From assembly GCA_040399515.1 (NCBI GenBank), contig JBBASA010000002.1, positions 23,948-87,947 on the forward strand: a stretch of 64,000 nt of DNA. Reading direction: 5' to 3'. Source of the DNA: Cyanobium sp. Lineage in GTDB: Bacteria > Cyanobacteriota > Cyanobacteriia > PCC-6307 > Cyanobiaceae. The notes under the pieces are model-generated. The model was given only the letters and a program-made list of their open reading frames with translations. It made no database searches and was not told the DNA's origin. Positions 58,790 through 64,000 of the stretch are shown here, piece after piece. Within the stretch, counting starts at the first letter, position 1; each line of letters opens with the position of its first letter. A program made the translations under genes and the position numbers.

Positions 58790-59469
58790 AGGGGGTCTAG
58801 GCTCACCAGCGCCTGCAAAACGGGTGGAGGCTCGCTGATGGGTGCCTCCAGGCGAGGAAAGATCCAGTAAGCCACCGCATGGAGACAGAAAACCACCAGC
58901 AGGTTTTGCACCAACACCAAAGCGAGGGCCGCACCCTGCACCTGGGCGAGGTCAAGACCGGCCCCCAACCCCAGGGCATCCGTGAACCGATCCAATAGCT
59001 GGGACGCTGCGGTGGTGATCAGAACCCAGAGGTTTTCCCCGATCAGAACGGAGAGCACGGCGAGGCGCACGAGGAACCCAAAGGCTCCAATCAGGGCACC
59101 AACGGGCAAGGTGATCCACCAACTCAGGCGATGGCGCCAGCCCCACCCCAACCACAGGGCCAGCAGTCCATAGGGGAAGAGCACGAGGGGGCCCCGGATC
59201 GGGCCCATCAGGGCCACCAGCAGCAGACTGGTGACCGCCACTCCCTCCAGGGCGCAGCGCCAGCCTTGGCGCAGCTGGAGCAGGGTGAGGGGCAGGGGGA
59301 GGGCCAGGCGAAATAGGGGACTGCCCACCGGCAGGTAGTACAGCGCGGCCCAGAGCAGGGCCGTCGCCGCCGCCAGATAGGCGGTGTCCATGAGTTGGCG
59401 GGCCTGCCGCGGGCTGAGGTCCCGCCGGCTCTCACCCAGGCCTGGGCGGGGAGGGGTTCCCATGGTCAA
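58786..59469 (-). CDS. polytopic membrane protein (DUF2232-like)
   Basis: 227 aa with MDTAYLAAATALLWAALYYLPVG and about 6 transmembrane segments. ATGA-type overlaps at both ends. Confidence 0.55.
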   Translation of the reverse strand: MTMGTPPRPGLGESRRDLSPRQARQLMDTAYLAAATALLWAALYYLPVGSPLFRLALPLPLTLLQLRQGWRCALEGVAVTSLLLVALMGPIRGPLVLFPYGLLALWLGWGWRHRLSWWITLPVGALIGAFGFLVRLAVLSVLIGENLWVLITTAASQLLDRFTDALGLGAGLDLAQVQGAALALVLVQNLLVVFCLHAVAYWIFPRLEAPISEPPPVLQALVSLDPL

Positions 59470-60047
59470 CGGGGGGGAGGGGCTGGACGGACCGAGGGTG
59501 AGAGGGCTGAACCTGCTGGGGGGGCTTCGGCAGGCTGGGCGGCAGCTCCGTTCACCCGCTCGATCGTTTCGACTTCAAAGGGAATGCCGGCGGTTCGCAG
59601 CGCCTCGGTCACCCCCTCCGCCGGGGCAGAAGGGTCGGCCTGGGGCAGCCGGATCGTAACCCGGTAGGGGGAGGGAGCGGTGGCCACGGAGGGGGGTTTG
59701 GGCTTGGCAGCCGCTGTCTTGGACGCCTGGGGCTCCTTGGGCTTGGAGTCAGGAGCTGGGGAGGGAGAGGAGGGGACACGCTGGGGTGCCATGGCGGTAC
59801 CACCCGTCTTGCCAGCGGCCCCCGGGGAAGGGGAGCCGATGGGCGCCTCGGCCTCCAGGCGTTGCGGGGCTTGAGGAGCCTCCTGCTCCGCCGTGGCCTG
59901 CACCGGCGGCGTAGGAAAACTACCGGAAAGGGTGTCACCCCAAGGGGTGCCCGCACAGCCGGAGAGTGAGCTGAGCAGGGGAAGAGACCAGACCATTGTC
60001 CACACCTTGAACCTTCTCCCCCTCACTTGCGGACGGCTGATCCTCAT
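59466..60047 (-). CDS. Pro/Ala-rich lipoprotein
   Basis: Signal with a basic n-region RGRRFK, the h-region, and lipobox LSGC. The C-terminal [11 protein letters not shown]...[12 protein letters not shown] is a small folded domain. ATGA overlap with the topA stop. Confidence 0.55.
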   Translation of the reverse strand: MRISRPQVRGRRFKVWTMVWSLPLLSSLSGCAGTPWGDTLSGSFPTPPVQATAEQEAPQAPQRLEAEAPIGSPSPGAAGKTGGTAMAPQRVPSSPSPAPDSKPKEPQASKTAAAKPKPPSVATAPSPYRVTIRLPQADPSAPAEGVTEALRTAGIPFEVETIERVNGAAAQPAEAPPAGSALSPSVRPAPPPR

Positions 60048-62797
60048 CCGTTTCCTGCCGGGCGGATCACCCGAACGGGGCTGGCCCGGAGGCGACCGCT
60101 CTTGGTGGTGGAGGGCGCCTTCCTGGCGGTTCCTGCTGTGCTGGCACGAGGAGTCTTGGCGGCTGCTGGGGCTTTGGCCCGGGTCGTCTTCGGAGCGGCA
60201 GCAGCCCTGGTGGCCGTGCGTCCCCGGCTGCTTCCTTTCCCTTTGCCCGTGCTTGCCTTCGCCGCGAGCAGCTCGATGGCCTGCTCGAGGGTCAGGCTCT
60301 CGGCCGTGGTGCCCTCCGGCAGGGAGGCGTTGACCTTGCCCTGCTTCACATACAAGCCATAAGGCCCGTCGAACAGTTGGATCGCCTCGCTGCTCCCCTC
60401 CGGGGTTCCAAGATCCTTCAACGCCGTGCGTCCTCCGCGCCCCCGCTTGGGCTGGGCCAGCAGCTCGAGGGCCCGGCTCAAGCCGATGGCGAGCACATCG
60501 TCTTCCGCTTTCAAGGAGCGGTAGTCCTTCTCCCCTTTGCCCTTGTCGTGCACCACATAGGGACCGAAACGACCGAGACCCGCTTGAATCTTTCCCCCCT
60601 CCGGGTGCTCCCCCAGGTGCCTCGGCAACCGCAGAAGCCCCAGGGCATCCTCCAAGCTGAGGTCTTCGGGCTTGACCCCCTTGGGTAAGGAGGCCCGCTT
60701 GGGTTTAGGGGTGTCCTCACTCACCTGGCCCAGCTGGAGATAAGGCCCGTACTGTCCGAAGAGAAGATACACCTGCTGGCAGGTTTCCGGATCTTCTCCC
60801 AGGGATTCCGGCCCCTCCGTTTTTTGCTTCAGCAACAACTCCGCCTTCTGGGCGTCCAGATCGGCGGGGGTGATTTCTTGGGGGAGGGTGGCCTTGCAGA
60901 GCTCTTCGCTGCCATCCTCCGCTTCCCGCTTGCTCTCGAGGTAGGCACCAAAGCGGCCAATGCGCACCACGCAGGGCAATCCCTCGAGGGCAATGGTGCG
61001 GGAGGTGCCGGGGTCAATGTCGCCCTCCCGGCGTTGCACCTGGGCTTCGAGCCCCTCCTCCCCCTTGTAGAACTTCTCCAGGTAGGGAAGCCAGGGTGTC
61101 TTGCCGGCGGAGATGTCATCCAGGCTGCTCTCCATGCGGGCGGTGAACCCCGGATCAACCAATTCCGGAAAGTGCTGCTCCAGCAGGGCCGTGACTGCAA
61201 AAGCCGTGAAACTTGGGATCAGGGCATTGTTCTGCAGGGTTGCGTAGCCCCGGTCCTGGATCGTGCCGATGATGCTGGCGTAGGTGGAAGGTCGGCCGAT
61301 CCCCTCCTTTTCAAGGGTCTTGACCAGGGCCGCTTCGCTGTAGCGGGCGGGCGGCTGGGTTTGGTGGCCAAGGGCCTCCACCCCTTTGCAAGTGGGGGTC
61401 TGCCCCACCACCAGGGCGGGGAGCAGCACCTCCTGACCCTCCAGGGCCGCATCGGGATCGTCGCTGCCCTCCACATAGGCCCGGAAGAAGCCAGGGAAAT
61501 CGATTCGCTTGCCACTCGAGCGGAAGGTGGCCTCCGCAGCTTCCAGATCCACGGCCAGCAGGGTGAGCCGGGCGTCGGCCATCTGGCAGGCCACGGTGCG
61601 TTTCCAGATGAGCTCGTAGAGGGCCAGTTCCCGACCGTCTAATCCGGTCTCCGAGGGGGTGCGGAAGGCCTCTCCCGCGGGCCGGATCGCCTCGTGGGCC
61701 TCTTGGGCATTCCGAGCCTTGGTCTGGAACTGGCGGGGAGCGGGGGAGAGATAGTCCTTGCCGTATTTGCTGGCCACACAGCTGCGGGCGGCCTGCACGG
61801 CCTGATCCGAGAGATGGACCGAGTCGGTGCGCATGTAGGTGATGAAGCCCCGCTCATAGAGCGCCTGGGCCGTGCGCATGGTGTCCCTGGCAGAGAGACG
61901 GAGTTTGCGGTTGGCCTCCTGCTGCAGGGTGCTGGTGGTGAACGGGGGCACCGGTTTGCGCACGGTGGGCTTTTCCTCCACCGCTTTCACCTTCCAGGGA
62001 GCCTGTTGCACCCGCTCCTGAAGGGAGCCTGCCTCCTCTTCGCTCAGGAGCTTGACCTTGCTGCCGCTCTTGAGGGCACCGGTGCCCTCATCAAAATCAC
62101 TGCCTCCGGCCACCCGGTCCTTGCCAACATGGGTGAGCTTGGCCTCAAAGGTCAGAGCCTGGCTTTCCAGAGCGGCCTTGAGATCCCAGTAGCTGCCGCT
62201 GCGAAACGCTCTACGCGCCTGCTCCCGCAACACCAGCAGCCTCACCGCAACGGATTGCACCCGACCGGCGGACAATCCCCACGCCACCTTCTTCCACAGC
62301 AAGGGGGAGAGGGTGTAGCCCACCAAACGATCCAGGATGCGCCGGGTTTCCTGGGCGTGCACCAACTCCATGTCGATGGACCGGGGCGTTTCCAGTGCTT
62401 TCTGGATGGCCGGCTTGGTGATCTCGTGAAACACCATCCGCCGCACGGGCACCTTGGGATCCAGGAGCTGCTGCAGATGCCAACTGATGCTTTCTCCTTC
62501 CCGATCCTCATCCGTAGCCAGCAAGAGCTGGTCGGCGCCCTTGAGAGCGTCCTTAAGTTCCTTCACCACTTTCTTCTTATCCTTCGGCACCACGTAAAGG
62601 GGCTCAAAGTTATGGGCCGTATCGACGCCGAGGTTGGCCCACTTTTCTGCCTTGTGGGTTGCAGGAATTTCGCTGGCGTTGTTGGGAAGATCTCGCACGT
62701 GCCCCATCGAGGCCTCGACGCGGAAATCCTTGGGCAAGAAGTTCCGGATGGTGCGGGCCTTGGTGGGGCTCTCGACGATCACCAGGGTGTGCGCCAC
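60044..62797 (-). CDS. topA: DNA topoisomerase I
   Basis: [12 protein letters not shown] (Toprim) and the active-site Tyr in [10 protein letters not shown]. It has a Lys/Ala-rich basic C-terminal tail. GTG start. Confidence 0.95.
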   Translation of the reverse strand: MAHTLVIVESPTKARTIRNFLPKDFRVEASMGHVRDLPNNASEIPATHKAEKWANLGVDTAHNFEPLYVVPKDKKKVVKELKDALKGADQLLLATDEDREGESISWHLQQLLDPKVPVRRMVFHEITKPAIQKALETPRSIDMELVHAQETRRILDRLVGYTLSPLLWKKVAWGLSAGRVQSVAVRLLVLREQARRAFRSGSYWDLKAALESQALTFEAKLTHVGKDRVAGGSDFDEGTGALKSGSKVKLLSEEEAGSLQERVQQAPWKVKAVEEKPTVRKPVPPFTTSTLQQEANRKLRLSARDTMRTAQALYERGFITYMRTDSVHLSDQAVQAARSCVASKYGKDYLSPAPRQFQTKARNAQEAHEAIRPAGEAFRTPSETGLDGRELALYELIWKRTVACQMADARLTLLAVDLEAAEATFRSSGKRIDFPGFFRAYVEGSDDPDAALEGQEVLLPALVVGQTPTCKGVEALGHQTQPPARYSEAALVKTLEKEGIGRPSTYASIIGTIQDRGYATLQNNALIPSFTAFAVTALLEQHFPELVDPGFTARMESSLDDISAGKTPWLPYLEKFYKGEEGLEAQVQRREGDIDPGTSRTIALEGLPCVVRIGRFGAYLESKREAEDGSEELCKATLPQEITPADLDAQKAELLLKQKTEGPESLGEDPETCQQVYLLFGQYGPYLQLGQVSEDTPKPKRASLPKGVKPEDLSLEDALGLLRLPRHLGEHPEGGKIQAGLGRFGPYVVHDKGKGEKDYRSLKAEDDVLAIGLSRALELLAQPKRGRGGRTALKDLGTPEGSSEAIQLFDGPYGLYVKQGKVNASLPEGTTAESLTLEQAIELLAAKASTGKGKGSSRGRTATRAAAAPKTTRAKAPAAAKTPRASTAGTARKAPSTTKSGRLRASPVRVIRPAGNG

Positions 62798-62940
62798 AGG
62801 AGATGGATCAAACCGGTTGATCCTCTATATCGCATCGGGGCGCCCTTCGGGGCAACGTTTCGCGAATCAGCCGCCCGCAGGAGGCGCCTAAACCCGTAGC
62901 CAGCGCCGCTACAGTCCGCTTCAACGCTCGATCCATCGCT

Positions 62941-64000
62941 GTGGTTGCCGACATCGGTTTGCAGTTGAACGCGGCAGCGATTGCCCCGGAATCCGCCGTT
63001 TTGATTGCCCTTGTGGCCTGTCTACTGGTGGATCTAGCCGGTGAAAAAACCGCAAGCCGGTGGGTGCCGCCCCTCTGCTACCTGGGGCTGGGAACCTCCC
63101 TGGTGCTGCTCGCGCTCCAATGGAATGGGTCGCTGGAACCCTCCTTTCTGGGTGCCTTCCTGGCGGACAATCTGGCCATCGCCTTCCGAGCCGTCGTTGC
63201 AGGCTCCACCTTGATCTCCCTGCTGCTGAGCTGGCGGTATGTAGAGCAAAGCGGCACCCCGCTTGGGGAGTATGCCGCGATCCTCCTCGCCGCCACCCTC
63301 GGCGGGATGTTCCTCTGTGGAGCCACAGATCTGGTGAGCATCTTCATCTCCCTGGAAACCCTTTCCGTGGCGAGCTACCTGCTCTCGGGATACATGAAAC
63401 GGGATGCCCGAAGCTCCGAGGCCGCCCTCAAATACTTGCTGGTGGGCTCCGCAGCGGCTGCGGTATTTCTCTACGGCGCCTCCCTTCTGTATGGCCTCAG
63501 TGGGGGCAACACGGGGTTGGAGGCCATCGGTGTGGCCCTGGCTAGCAGCAGCGCTCCGATCGCCGCCCTCTCCCTGGTGTTCGTGCTCTCCACCGTGGCC
63601 TTCAAGATCGCCGCCGTGCCCTTCCACCAGTGGACCCCTGATGTGTACGAGGGCTCCCCTACGCCAGTAGTGGCCTTCCTTTCCGTGGGCTCCAAAGCGG
63701 CCGGTTTCGCCTTGGCCCTGCGCATACTCGTTGGTTGTTTTGACAGCTTTGATGCCCAATGGAAGTTCCTGTTCACCGTGCTGGCTGTCTTGAGCATGGT
63801 GCTTGGCAATGTTGTGGCTCTGGCCCAAACTTCCATGAAGCGGATGTTGGCCTACAGCTCCATTGGCCAGGCTGGATTCGTGATGATCGGTCTGGTATGT
63901 GGAACCGAGGAAGGCTTCGCCTCGATGGTGCTTTACATGGCGGCCTATCTGTTCATGAATCTCGGCGCCTTTGCCTGCATCATTCTCTTCTCCCTTCGCA
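62941..64000 (+). CDS. ndhB: NAD(P)H-quinone oxidoreductase subunit 2 (NdhB), 3' end cut by the window edge
   Basis: It is absent from the ORF track because the frame has no stop before nt 64000. My manual translation from GTG 62941 reads [36 protein letters not shown]...[63 protein letters not shown]. Confidence 0.85.
   Translation, partial: MVADIGLQLNAAAIAPESAVLIALVACLLVDLAGEKTASRWVPPLCYLGLGTSLVLLALQWNGSLEPSFLGAFLADNLAIAFRAVVAGSTLISLLLSWRYVEQSGTPLGEYAAILLAATLGGMFLCGATDLVSIFISLETLSVASYLLSGYMKRDARSSEAALKYLLVGSAAAAVFLYGASLLYGLSGGNTGLEAIGVALASSSAPIAALSLVFVLSTVAFKIAAVPFHQWTPDVYEGSPTPVVAFLSVGSKAAGFALALRILVGCFDSFDAQWKFLFTVLAVLSMVLGNVVALAQTSMKRMLAYSSIGQAGFVMIGLVCGTEEGFASMVLYMAAYLFMNLGAFACIILFSLR

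Noticed and set aside
62805-62823. 7-bp inverted repeat (GGATCAA-ACCGG-TTGATCC) just upstream of the topA GTG start
   Set aside because: It is short and could arise by chance. No supporting feature was seen, so it is not reported as a regulatory site.
60824-62899. Two long plus-strand ORFs (272 aa and 401 aa)
   Set aside because: Both are antisense to topA, which carries clear Toprim and active-site motifs.
63034-63828. 264-aa minus-strand ORF and the overlapping plus-strand ORFs 63060..63545 and 63404..63670
   Set aside because: The third plus frame encodes an unmistakable NdhB, so these are shadow or out-of-frame ORFs.

Overview
The window reads as a picocyanobacterial chromosome of the Synechococcus/Cyanobium type. 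Supporting genes are ndhB, ctaCDE with ctaAB, a CpcS/CpeS-type bilin lyase, a cyAbrB regulator, and families I recall as DUF1517 and DUF3611. It has two compositional parts. Nt 1 to about 14,450 is a low-GC accessory island; hand counts of 60-nt lines give about 35-47% GC, against about 60-65% in the rest. The island extends past the left edge of the window. It holds a tightly packed surface-polysaccharide locus: a carbamoyltransferase, a GT2 glycosyltransferase, a wbpK/L/M-like priming module, and a cyanoexosortase with an EpsI-like partner. It continues with a Cys-based CX5R phosphatase, a Wzc-type tyrosine autokinase, a Wza-type export protein, a Pro-rich anchored protein and a small beta-barrel protein. 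The remaining 50 kb is densely packed core genome: era, trmD, ispF, larB, thiS, thiE, ribF, surE, pheS, nadK, cobL, mqo, tRNA-Val, ppx, ubiA, ispD, fabG, groEL, the cta genes, ribE, topA and ndhB. Many long antisense shadow ORFs typical of high-GC DNA are present and were rejected. I saw no CRISPR array, rRNA, integrase or transposase. The best candidate for something new is the exosortase-containing export island. It has an unusual phosphatase partner, a coupled Wza/beta-barrel operon, no recognisable PEP-CTERM substrate in the window, and a right border that appears to fall inside a core gene. Secondary leads are a 38-bp perfect palindrome upstream of groEL, an OmpR-type regulator with a fully degenerate receiver domain, a lower-GC fucosyltransferase-like islet, and a CobT-like/DUF2232 coupled gene chain. 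All family assignments rest on motif recognition by eye; no searches were run.
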